Below, in pieces: positions 45,856-54,961 of a DNA stretch of 64,000 nt. The notes under the pieces were generated by a model. That model did not search any database and was not told the origin of the DNA. It saw only the letters and a list, made by a program, of their open reading frames with translations. The stretch is from an uncultured Muribaculaceae bacterium (lineage in GTDB: Bacteria > Bacteroidota > Bacteroidia > Bacteroidales > UBA932). Numbering within the stretch: the stretch's first letter is position 1; every line of letters starts with the position of its first letter. A program made the translations under genes and the position numbers. Location: positions 24,080 to 88,079 of the forward strand of contig CAYLQE010000004.1 of NCBI GenBank assembly GCA_964385835.1. Direction: 5' to 3'.

Positions 45856-48771
45856 ATGGAAAGAATCAGACCATCTATTTATGTCGGTCTCGGAGGCACC
45901 GGCATAAAAGCGATCTCCCAGACAAAGAAAATGTTCGAAGAAGTATTTGGAGAAAAGAATATTCCGTCCCAGATAGCATTTGTGGCGATTGATTTCGATT
46001 TGTCGGAAGACCCTAATCTTCCGACATCCATGCATGAGGATTTTGTTACGATTAACAATATAAACAACCCAAGGCAGTTATACCAAAACCGCATTAAGGA
46101 AGGTGACTATCAGTGGATGTTTCCGGGTAATGCAAAATATATCACTAATCTGGTAGGTTATGGCACAAACCAGCTGCGTACGACAGGACGATTCTATACT
46201 GAAATGATTATTAATAGTATAGAGCGCCGTATTGCTGATTGCTATACTCAGGTTACGAATATCCCGGGAGGTATGGGCTTATATGGAGTCGATATTCATA
46301 TTGCAATGTCTTTAGCCGGCGGTACGGGAAGCGGTTCATTTTTAAATATTGCCAGCATGTTGCGCGACAAATATCAGGATAAGGTGAAGATAATAGGATA
46401 CGGAATACTGCATGGCATATTCCGTACAATGGACCCGTCTGCAAATAAGACTCCGCGTATTGTCGCAAATGCTTATTCCGCTATTCTTGACCTTGATTAC
46501 CTTATGAGTGCATCGTATGATAATCCTATACCGTTGACGCTCAATGGCAGGAAAACAGAATTAAAACAGTCTATTTTCGATGAGTTCTTTGTGATTGACA
46601 ATGAAATGGAAAACGGAAAACGTGTCGACAACATTTCAGAACTATGCGAAGTCGTTGGTACCTGCATGTATGTGGCTGGCAGTGAAATGGGCAGCAAAAT
46701 TATGAGCAGTCGGTCTTCTATACATTGGAGATACGGCGGCCTATTCAATATTTCTTCGAAGTTGGGTTGGGTCCAGGGTTTGGGAGCATGTCAGGTTGTA
46801 TATAAAGGGAAACTGTTGGCGGAAATATACGGATATATGGCAGCGATTGAACTCATCCGAAAGATGCAGAGTTGCAGTGCCGATATACAGCAGAAAGCAC
46901 AGAACTGGACGGAACAGGAGTACATCCGCGAAGACGGCGATGAATATAATATGCTTATCGATGCAATATATGCGCCGGAAAAGATCGCAAAAAAGGTCAA
47001 AGGAATTGCTCTTGATGTAAGGACCAGTATAGCCGATGTCAAGGTTGCTGTAGCAAAAGATCTTGACGAACTTCCTAATGATTTCCCTGATGAAAAAACC
47101 AATGCCGTCCGTTCAAAAGAAATTAATGCGCACTTGCAAACGACGGTATCTGATATGCTGAAACATGAAGCCGGTGTCGGCAATGCTTTGGCATTCCTAC
47201 ATACGTTGAGAATGCTTTGCGAGAAATATAAGACGGAGATGGACGATGAGCGAATATCGAAAGAAAAAGAGATTGCTGCTTTGGTAGACAAACTTGAGAC
47301 AAAAACATTCAAGGCATATCAGGAATACCGGGAGAAGTTTTTTACAACCAAGAATGGAAAACAGGTACATCTCGAGAATATAGAGCGTGAAGTAAAAAAG
47401 ATCAAGGTGCTGAAATTGGAAAGCAAACGTCGTGTTATCGCCTATAATACATTCTCTTCCGTTTTGGCGACGATAGATGCGCTTCTCACACGCGTACAGG
47501 CAATAAATGATACACTTACAGCTCTTAAGAATTCATATTCTTTGGAATTGACATCGAAACAGAATCCGTCAGAGAACAATCTTATGTTCGAATACGATTT
47601 GTCATACAAGGAGCGTGTGAATATGGCATTCAATCCTGATGATGTTTGGGTTACCGTATTCACAAAAACTTGTTCTCTCTATGATATAAAACTTGATGAC
47701 CTGAGTGATGCTATCCTCAATTATGTGAGCGGACTGTACCAGGCGGAACAATATCGTAACAAGTTGATTGTTGATGTCCTTGATGAATTGTCCGATGATG
47801 ATTACATACGTCTGAAAAAGGAGATCAATGAAAAATCAAGCCGTCTGTTGAAGCTCAATGACCGCGGACAGCTCAGCAAGACCCACGGCAATAAGATGCC
47901 GACCTCAATGCTGGTGCAGAACTATATGATTTCCATTTATAACAGGGTCGGACCAGACGGAGAGATCCTTAAGTCAAGGCTGGAAGCTGACAACGAATTT
48001 CTGAGGAATAACAACATTAAAAAAGAGTATATTCATTCCGGCTCCGATTCTATGAAGCAGAAAATCATATTCTATAGGGAAGATATGTCAATTATTCCTT
48101 ACTGTATTGATGCATTTGACGACGTGACCGTTGAAAGTGAGTATGGCGTCTTTTTGCGTGATGCGATGCAAAGCGGCTCAATGGGATTCAATCCGCATTT
48201 TGACCGTCAGATATTTGAAGATATGCGTAAAAAAGACTTCAAGCTCAAGCCTGAGATGCAGAACGAAGCTTTGTTCTGTTGGGTTTGCGGCAATCTTTTC
48301 GGCTGGCGTGAAATAACCGAGGATATGCATATAATGGAGAAAGACAGTGACGGCGAGCCTGTTCGTTGTGTGGGTAAGGAAGAGGTCATACATCCTAAAT
48401 ACATCTGTGTTAAGAACGGGAAATATATGTATTGGGACGAAATTGATCAAGAATGGATGCCGATAGACAATACGGCAAGAAGGGATCATGCTTATAGTTA
48501 TTTTAAGACTGCGATGTTCCCTGAACTCAAGACTGTTTTGACCAAGAAGATAAAAGATGAGATTGACAGCAGGGGTAAAGAGTACTATATATCGATGATC
48601 CAGAATATGATTGACAATGGAATCCATGATTATATCAACTGTATTGTCTGCTCGAATGAGGACTCGCTTACAATATCCTCCCAGAATGATGGTGCGTGGA
48701 ATCAGTATCTCGAAGAATGGAGCTTTATCGAAAAAGATCTTATAAACAGTCTTGACAATATTAAATCTTGA
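45856..48771 (+). CDS. Tubulin/FtsZ-like GTPase, copy 2
   Basis: VGLGGTG and SLAGGTGSGS; colinear with 37931-40873 over its full length. Confidence 0.88.
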   Translation: MERIRPSIYVGLGGTGIKAISQTKKMFEEVFGEKNIPSQIAFVAIDFDLSEDPNLPTSMHEDFVTINNINNPRQLYQNRIKEGDYQWMFPGNAKYITNLVGYGTNQLRTTGRFYTEMIINSIERRIADCYTQVTNIPGGMGLYGVDIHIAMSLAGGTGSGSFLNIASMLRDKYQDKVKIIGYGILHGIFRTMDPSANKTPRIVANAYSAILDLDYLMSASYDNPIPLTLNGRKTELKQSIFDEFFVIDNEMENGKRVDNISELCEVVGTCMYVAGSEMGSKIMSSRSSIHWRYGGLFNISSKLGWVQGLGACQVVYKGKLLAEIYGYMAAIELIRKMQSCSADIQQKAQNWTEQEYIREDGDEYNMLIDAIYAPEKIAKKVKGIALDVRTSIADVKVAVAKDLDELPNDFPDEKTNAVRSKEINAHLQTTVSDMLKHEAGVGNALAFLHTLRMLCEKYKTEMDDERISKEKEIAALVDKLETKTFKAYQEYREKFFTTKNGKQVHLENIEREVKKIKVLKLESKRRVIAYNTFSSVLATIDALLTRVQAINDTLTALKNSYSLELTSKQNPSENNLMFEYDLSYKERVNMAFNPDDVWVTVFTKTCSLYDIKLDDLSDAILNYVSGLYQAEQYRNKLIVDVLDELSDDDYIRLKKEINEKSSRLLKLNDRGQLSKTHGNKMPTSMLVQNYMISIYNRVGPDGEILKSRLEADNEFLRNNNIKKEYIHSGSDSMKQKIIFYREDMSIIPYCIDAFDDVTVESEYGVFLRDAMQSGSMGFNPHFDRQIFEDMRKKDFKLKPEMQNEALFCWVCGNLFGWREITEDMHIMEKDSDGEPVRCVGKEEVIHPKYICVKNGKYMYWDEIDQEWMPIDNTARRDHAYSYFKTAMFPELKTVLTKKIKDEIDSRGKEYYISMIQNMIDNGIHDYINCIVCSNEDSLTISSQNDGAWNQYLEEWSFIEKDLINSLDNIKS

Positions 48772-48910
48772 TGATTTATGTACTGACTTTTAGAACTGGT
48801 ACAATATAAAGTAAAATAATACCCTTTTATATATACTTGCGTGTTATGCCGTCAGGATAAAGAACAGTGACTCGCAAGACTTGTAATTTCTATGCGTGAG
48901 TTTATACGCA

Positions 48911-48942
48911 ATCCGCCGGCGGAAGAATTTCGGCCGGCGGAT
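48911..48942. terminator. GC-rich hairpin between the convergent island and recA
   Basis: ATCCGCCGGC...GCCGGCGGAT 10-bp stem; no clear U tract. Confidence 0.5.
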
Positions 48943-49008
48943 GTTGCAAGGGGACTGATGTCCCGTGTTGTTTTGTTCTTTGTCCTGAACGTTGCTCTGT
49001 TCGTTGCC

Positions 49009-50040
49009 TTAGTCGTTGCTTTGGGCGAGTTTCTCGCGTATCTTGGCGTCGATCTCGTTGCAGAGTTCAACGTTGTCCTGCAGAAGTTGCTTGACAGCCT
49101 CGCGGCCTTGTGCGAGTTTAGAGTCGTTGTAGCTGAACCAGCTGCCGCTCTTCTTGATGATCTCGAGTTCGGTACCCAGGTCGATGATCTCTCCGATGCG
49201 GCTGATGCCCTCGCCGAATACGATATCGAACTCAGCTTTCTTGAAAGGCGGAGCCATCTTGTTTTTCACGATCTTCACCTTGACACGGTTGCCGAGAGCC
49301 TCGTCGCCGTCCTTGATCTGGGTCGTGCGGCGCACGTCAATACGCACGGACGCGTAGAATTTGAGGGCGTTGCCGCCTGTCGTTGTCTCCGGATTGCCGA
49401 AGAGTACTCCGAGTTTCTCGCGCAGCTGGTTGATGAAGATGCAGCAGGTATTCGTTTTTGAAATGTTGCCTGTAAGTTTGCGCAGGGCCTGGCTCATCAG
49501 ACGCGCCTGGAGACCCATCTTGCTGTCGCCCATCTCGCCTTCGATCTCGGCCTTAGGGGTGAGGGCTGCCACTGAGTCGATGACGATGATGTCAATGGCG
49601 CCGCTTCGGATCAGGTTGTCTGCGATCTCGAGGGCCTGCTCGCCGTTGTCAGGCTGCGATATAAGCAGCGTGTCGAGGTTCACGCCCAGGTTCTTGGCGT
49701 AGGTGCGGTCGAACGCATGCTCCGCATCGATGATCGCTGCAATTCCGCCGGCCTTCTGTGCCTCTGCGATGGCGTGGATAGCCAGAGTGGTCTTTCCTGA
49801 GGATTCCGGACCATAGATCTCAACGACCCTGCCGCGCGGATATCCGCCGATTCCAAGGGCGTGATCCAGCGAAAGCGAGCCGGAAGGAATGACGTCGACA
49901 TCGAATTTCGGAGCGTCGCCGAGTTTCATGATGGTACCCTTTCCATAATCTTTCTCAATCTTGTCCATCGTGGCCTGAAGCGCCTTGAGCTTCGCTGCCT
50001 GCAGGTCGGTGCCGTTTGTGTTTGCCAATTCTTTAGCCAT
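49009..50040 (-). CDS. recA: Recombinase RecA
   Basis: [35 protein letters not shown]; TAACTTTG upstream at 50087-50094 (minus). Confidence 0.99.
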   Translation of the reverse strand: MAKELANTNGTDLQAAKLKALQATMDKIEKDYGKGTIMKLGDAPKFDVDVIPSGSLSLDHALGIGGYPRGRVVEIYGPESSGKTTLAIHAIAEAQKAGGIAAIIDAEHAFDRTYAKNLGVNLDTLLISQPDNGEQALEIADNLIRSGAIDIIVIDSVAALTPKAEIEGEMGDSKMGLQARLMSQALRKLTGNISKTNTCCIFINQLREKLGVLFGNPETTTGGNALKFYASVRIDVRRTTQIKDGDEALGNRVKVKIVKNKMAPPFKKAEFDIVFGEGISRIGEIIDLGTELEIIKKSGSWFSYNDSKLAQGREAVKQLLQDNVELCNEIDAKIREKLAQSND

Positions 50041-50331
50041 AGTAAATTTTGTTTAACAGTGAGTAACTATCCACTTTTTGCAGAGACAAAGTTAATAAAA
50101 ATTATGTATTTTTGTTACAGAAGGCAGTGCAAACCTCAGAAATCATTAAATAAGCCGCACGGAAACACGATTAATATTTTTATACTGCCTACGCATGAAC
50201 GCAAACGGGCAAACATTTGCCTTTTGTGTCCGCTTTATGCCGCGTGTGCCGGCGCTGTCTATGTGGTCGGAGAGTGAAATATTCAACTTACTCGAAGAGT
50301 TGAGCCGACTACAATTTGTAGTCAACTGAAA

Positions 50332-50351
50332 TACTGAGAAAATTCTCAGTA
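50332..50351. promoter_or_regulatory. Palindrome, candidate operator
   Basis: TACTGAGAA-AA-TTCTCAGTA upstream of TAGATTTG (50379-50386). Confidence 0.45.
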
Positions 50352-50411
50352 AATTTTGGTACTGATACAATATATTAGTAGATTTGAATTGTGATTCATC
50401 ACGATAAGATT

Positions 50412-51230
50412 ATGTCACAGAAACAGGCAATGCAATTATTCAATGACAGGCAGATAAGGACTGCCTGGGACCAGGATGCCGAGAAATGGTATTTCTCCGT
50501 GGTCGATGTTATCTGGGCGCTGACCGAGAGCCAGGACCCGTCAAAATATTGGCGCGTGTTGAAGACGCGACTCAAGAAGGAAGGAAATGAAACCGCTACA
50601 AATTGTAGCACTTTCAAAATGCAGGCTGCAGACGGCAAAATGCGCCTTACCGATGTTGCCGACCAGGAGCAGCTGTTCCGTCTGATCCAGTCTATCCCGT
50701 CACCGAAGGCAGAGCCGTTCAAGCAGTGGATGGCCCGTGTTGCGTCGGAGCGTCTGGATGAGATTCAGGACCCGGAGCTGGCTATTGACAGGGGATTCGA
50801 ATATTATCGTCAGCTGGGATACAGCGAGGGCTGGATCCAGGAGCGCATGAAGGGCAAGGAAGCCCGGAAGGCCCTGACGGACGAATGGAAGCGTACAGGG
50901 GTCAAAGACAGCCAGTATGCCACGCTGACGGATATCATCACGCGCGAATGGTCCGGATTTACCACAAAGCAGTACAAGCAATACAAGGGGCTGAAGAAGG
51001 AAAACCTGCGCGACAACATGACGCGTATGGAAAGCGCTCTGAACACGCTGGCGGAAGTGGCGGCGACGGAGCTGTCGCAGCAGCGCAACCCGGCAACGTT
51101 CGAGCAGAATGCAAGTGTGGCCAGGAGCGGCGGACATGTGGCCAAGACCGCACGCGATGAGCTGGAGAAGCAGCTGGGCCGGCCGATAGTATCCCCTGCG
51201 AATGCGAAGGGCTTGAAGCTGAAAGGATAG
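50412..51230 (+). CDS. BRO-N domain (phage antirepressor-like) protein
   Basis: W..EKWYFSVVDV, ADGKMRLTD, RLIQSIPSPKAEPFKQW, NLRDNMT. Confidence 0.85.
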   Translation: MSQKQAMQLFNDRQIRTAWDQDAEKWYFSVVDVIWALTESQDPSKYWRVLKTRLKKEGNETATNCSTFKMQAADGKMRLTDVADQEQLFRLIQSIPSPKAEPFKQWMARVASERLDEIQDPELAIDRGFEYYRQLGYSEGWIQERMKGKEARKALTDEWKRTGVKDSQYATLTDIITREWSGFTTKQYKQYKGLKKENLRDNMTRMESALNTLAEVAATELSQQRNPATFEQNASVARSGGHVAKTARDELEKQLGRPIVSPANAKGLKLKG

Positions 51231-51305
51231 TGCCAGCCTCAACGGGCAAGCGGACAGCCTCAACGTGAGGTTGATATAAAACGACATGACAGAAGACGTC
51301 AAAAG

Positions 51306-51336
51306 AAAAGGACATCCGGCGGGGTGTCCTTTTTTT
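51306..51336. terminator. Bidirectional intrinsic terminator
   Basis: AAAAGGACATCC-GGCG-GGGTGTCCTTTTTTT between convergent genes. Confidence 0.8.
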
Positions 51337-51382
51337 GTTGTTGTCGGTTCCGGTTCCTTTCGGTCTCGGCCGTGGCGTGTCC

Positions 51383-51844
51383 TTATCGTTCCGGGTCGTA
51401 CGCCTCCAGCCTGGCGATGAGCCGCCGGCATTCGTTCCGGGTGAGTGCTATGTGGCCACGGCATCCTCTCTCCTTGATGCGTATATGGTTCTTGCCTGCC
51501 TTTGTCGCCCGGTATTCAAAAAGGTAGTCAACAGTAAATGTCCTGCTTTGCCCGTCCTCGAGGTCGAACATCCCCAGCAGATCGCGCATTGTTGACAGGG
51601 CCTGAGACTTCGTTTCGCCCAGGTTCATTGTAAACGGAACGCCATATTGGGTATATGTAAGCAATCCATAATTGAGGTAAGTCCTGCATATCCAGATATT
51701 GCCGAGTCTCACGGCGGCGATCCTCTCAGTTGCCCTTTGCGGCTCCGGGGACGTGAAGTTTATGGTCGATGCGTTGAGGCCGGTCTGCGCGTTGGCCGTG
51801 ATGGCTGCGCATGCGATAGCGATAGCGATGATGATTCGTTTCAT
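51383..51844 (-). CDS. Exported hypothetical protein
   Basis: Signal peptide MKRIIIAIAIACAAITANAQ. Confidence 0.7.
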   Translation of the reverse strand: MKRIIIAIAIACAAITANAQTGLNASTINFTSPEPQRATERIAAVRLGNIWICRTYLNYGLLTYTQYGVPFTMNLGETKSQALSTMRDLLGMFDLEDGQSRTFTVDYLFEYRATKAGKNHIRIKERGCRGHIALTRNECRRLIARLEAYDPER

Positions 51845-51952
51845 GGTGGGTGTGTTTTTGTGGGTGTGTAATGCAAGTGTCGTGCCGTGTCAGTCGCTGA
51901 TACGTTCAATGATGGTGAGCAGGCGGACAGCCTCAACGGATGGAGGAAAGAA

Positions 51953-52363
51953 TCAGATATGATTTATTACGTCATCGGAGAAACGGAAGTCCGCGAGTTT
52001 GCGGCCGATGTCCTGAATGGCATCCTGAATCTTCAGCAAGTCATCGTGCGAGAAGTACGCCCGGCTGTTGTTGATGACGTGGCCGTTCAGGCGCTGGCTG
52101 AACCATGCGCCGGACTTTCCGAAATACTCTTTGGCGATATAGTTTCCCGGCACGATTTTCAGGATCTTGGCAAGTTCCTTTTTTGCCGCCATGCTGTGGG
52201 CCGCGGCTCCGAACTCTACGGCGGTACTGTTGAGGAAGTCCTTGGCATCTTCCGGATTCTCTGTGTACAGCTTGTGCAACTCGTCAAGAATCTGGTTTTT
52301 TTCCTTGTTGCTGCGAGCATGCAGGAGGCGCTCACGCAATTCAATCATTGTTTGTCTGTGCAT
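51953..52363 (-). CDS. DUF5053-like HTH protein
   Basis: YIAKEYFGKSGAWFSQRLNG motif; TATATTTG on minus at 52597-52604. Confidence 0.75.
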   Translation of the reverse strand: MHRQTMIELRERLLHARSNKEKNQILDELHKLYTENPEDAKDFLNSTAVEFGAAAHSMAAKKELAKILKIVPGNYIAKEYFGKSGAWFSQRLNGHVINNSRAYFSHDDLLKIQDAIQDIGRKLADFRFSDDVINHI

Positions 52364-52919
52364 ATGTTGTGGGTTCTACTATCTGTTCCAATGGCTGGGG
52401 TTAAAATTAAACTTCTTCTTCATCAGGGCTTTCTGCCCCTCGGTGTTTCAGCGCCTTTATTATTTCGGCTATCATCCTGTCATGTCTCGTCATATTCGCG
52501 TGGCATGCTTTATATGTCGGCTACTTCATCAGGTAGACTTATGACTTTTTTACTATGACCTCACCTCATGTTGAATATCCTCTTGTTAGGCTAATGCAAA
52601 TATAATAAATATTTGTTAAATATCAGAATAAATAATACATTATGATGCAAAAAGAATAAAAGCCGAGATAGATATGGCCAGGTGCTGGACAGCATGGCTA
52701 CGTATGACAGGATTATGAGCGTGTAGCTCTCCGCGAGCGGTGAAATAACGCTTGGGGTTGTTTAAGGTTTTGAATAATAATTGCTTGGATTTTGAAATGA
52801 TTTTACGGAATCAAATATTTCCGTATATTTGTATTGCGAAAGGGTTAGAACAACGCCTTGAGTGAGCAAAACTTTTCGGCTCGGAGAGAAAAGAAAAACC
52901 TACCAAAATTTTAAAAGCC

Positions 52920-52982
52920 ATGAGTTTCAAAGTCACTTTTAAAATTTGGAAAATTAGAGTGAGCTTTGAAATTGCACTCTAA
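52920..52982 (+). CDS. 20-aa basic/hydrophobic peptide MSFKVTFKIWKIRVSFEIAL (candidate type I toxin)
   Basis: Translated by hand; TATATTTG upstream at 52824-52831; 9-bp hairpin at 52993-53016. Confidence 0.55.
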   Translation: MSFKVTFKIWKIRVSFEIAL

Positions 52983-53051
52983 ACTCCAGACCGAGGGTGG
53001 GACACCACCCACCCTCCTTTTGGTAGGTTTAGCGCAAATATACAAACTATT

Positions 53052-53237
53052 ATGGAAAAAGAAAACAAATGGGGCGGCAAACGCGAGGGTTCCGGACGCA
53101 AGTCCAAGAATGCGACAACCGCAAGTTTCCGTCTGAACAACGAATTGCTGGAGCGTGTCGTCAGCCTAGCTGCGGAACGGGGATGCACCAAAACCCAGAT
53201 TATCGAGGAAGCGCTGCGGATGTACTTCGCATTGTAG
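53052..53237 (+). CDS. Small ribbon-helix-helix-like protein with GGKREGSGRK motif
   Basis: SFRL strand then helices, TKTQIIEEAL. Confidence 0.7.
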   Translation: MEKENKWGGKREGSGRKSKNATTASFRLNNELLERVVSLAAERGCTKTQIIEEALRMYFAL

Positions 53238-53264
53238 CAGAAAGTATGACTACAAAGTCAGAAT

Positions 53265-53512
53265 AACTCTTTGGGGGCTGAAATTCTTTGGAGGCTGTAA
53301 CTCTCTGGAACTTACAATCTTTGGAAATTGAAACTCTCCAGGAATTGAAGGTCTCTGGAATTGAAACTCTTTGGCGGCTGTAACTCTCTGGAATTTAGGT
53401 TTTTGGAAATTAAAACTCTCCAAGAATTGAAGGCCTCTGGAATTGAAACTCTTTGCTGACTGAAACTCTCTGGAGATATACAATCTCTGGAAATTGCAGT
53501 TCTTTGGGAATG
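53265..53512. repeat. Degenerate tandem array of about 15 units of 16-17 bp (consensus ~AACTCTCTGGAATTGA) with 83-bp higher-order repeat
   Basis: Units read directly; GGCTGTAACTCTCTGGAA recurs at 53293 and 53376. Confidence 0.85.
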
Positions 53513-53623
53513 GTAAGTCCGGTGGCAAGGCCGATGGCGGTCTTATTGTCTCATTATGTATTTTGATATGTTATCATAAAATCAAGGATAATTCCATTAT
53601 ATTTGTGAAAAAAAATAAAGGAT

Positions 53624-53806
53624 ATGGCAAGAGGTGGTAAAAGGGAAGGGGCGGGCCGGAAGGCTATGGAAGCTGGCAGGCCGCGTGTGATAATGAGCTT
53701 TTCATTGTCTCAGCGCAGCAAAGAGATCATTCAGGATTTGCGGGCGAAGAATATACCGGTCGGTCATGTGATTGACGGGTTGCTGGCAAGTTTTGCGGAA
53801 AAGTAA
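53624..53806 (+). CDS. Small DNA-binding-like protein with GGKREGAGRK motif
   Basis: Same N-terminal motif as 53052; TATATTTG at 53598-53605. Confidence 0.65.
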   Translation: MARGGKREGAGRKAMEAGRPRVIMSFSLSQRSKEIIQDLRAKNIPVGHVIDGLLASFAEK

Positions 53807-53875
53807 AAAACATTACCTTTGCAGTGGCCAAATGCCCGTCATGCGGAATATGGGCGGCAATTGGATTTTCGCGAT

Positions 53876-54913
53876 ATGAAAAAGAAACTTTTGGGAATGA
53901 CTCCGGAGCAGCTGCAGACCGTCGTACTGCAAATGGGACTGCCGCGTTTTACAGCGGGCCAGATCGCCCGCTGGCTGTATAAAAAGAAAGCGGGGAGCAT
54001 AGATGAGATGACCGATCTGTCCAAGGCCGCGCGGGAAAGGCTGTCGGCCGAATACGAAGTCGGCCTTATCGCACCATCTGAATATATAAGATCTTCGGAC
54101 GGGACGGTGAAATACCTTTTCCCTGTAATCTGTACGGTAGGGGACAGGACGGAGGAATCGGCTGTGGAGGCGGTTATGATCCCGGATGAGGGCCGCGCCA
54201 CACTCTGTGTCAGTAGCCAGGCCGGCTGCAAGATGTCCTGCCGCTTCTGCATGACGGGACGCATGGGCTTCCACGGCAATCTGGACGCCGCTCAGATCCT
54301 TTCCCAGCTTATCGCCATTCCTGAGAGCGATGCCCTCACAAATTGCGTGTTCATGGGCATGGGGGAGCCGCTGGACAATTACGGAACGCTCTCCGCCGTG
54401 CTCACCTGCATGACTGCGGACTGGGGTTTCGCATGGAGTCCGAAGCGTATCACCGTATCTTCGATAGGCGTCCTGCCTATGCTGAAGCGTCTGCTTGACG
54501 AGCACAGGTGTCATGTCGCCATATCGCTCCACAACCCGTTCCCTGATGAAAGGCTGTCCGTAATGCCGGTACAGGGGGGCTTCGATATCCTGAAGGTCGT
54601 TGAACTGCTAAGGCAGTACGACTGGGCAGGACAGCGCCGCATAAGTTTCGAATACACGATGTTCGCCGGCTTCAACGACAGCAAGCGCCATGCCGATGCT
54701 CTGTGCCGCCTGCTCAGGGGCATGGAATGCCGCGTCAACCTGATACGTTTCCACAAGATTCCGGATTTTCCGTATGAGACTTCGTCAGCCCCTGTCATGG
54801 ACAGTTTCCGCCAGAGGCTGAATTCCAACGGAATAACGGCCACGATCAGGGCTTCGCGCGGTGAGGATATCCTGGCTGCATGCGGTATGCTGGCCGGTAA
54901 AGACAGACATTAG
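53876..54913 (+). CDS. rlmN: 23S rRNA m2A2503 radical-SAM methyltransferase
   Basis: CVSSQAGCKMSCRFC, MGMGEP, AACGML. Confidence 0.96.
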   Translation: MKKKLLGMTPEQLQTVVLQMGLPRFTAGQIARWLYKKKAGSIDEMTDLSKAARERLSAEYEVGLIAPSEYIRSSDGTVKYLFPVICTVGDRTEESAVEAVMIPDEGRATLCVSSQAGCKMSCRFCMTGRMGFHGNLDAAQILSQLIAIPESDALTNCVFMGMGEPLDNYGTLSAVLTCMTADWGFAWSPKRITVSSIGVLPMLKRLLDEHRCHVAISLHNPFPDERLSVMPVQGGFDILKVVELLRQYDWAGQRRISFEYTMFAGFNDSKRHADALCRLLRGMECRVNLIRFHKIPDFPYETSSAPVMDSFRQRLNSNGITATIRASRGEDILAACGMLAGKDRH

Positions 54914-54961
54914 CGCCGCTTGATTATGAAACGGCTTTAACAGCCTATTAGAAAAAGGATT

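Noticed and set aside
32258-48850. Integrative element or prophage mobilised by the recombinase
   Set aside because: I found no att-like direct repeats at the ends and no relaxase, excisionase or phage genes; the adjacent inverted repeats fit an invertase better
52400-52570. Possible small partner gene upstream of the DUF5053-like gene
   Set aside because: Only a 28-codon frame with in-frame stops upstream; cannot be told from chance or decay
53265-53512. Possible CRISPR array, or the 92-aa ORF 53250-53528
   Set aside because: Units abut with no unique spacers and no cas genes; unit length is not a multiple of three, so the ORF is probably incidental
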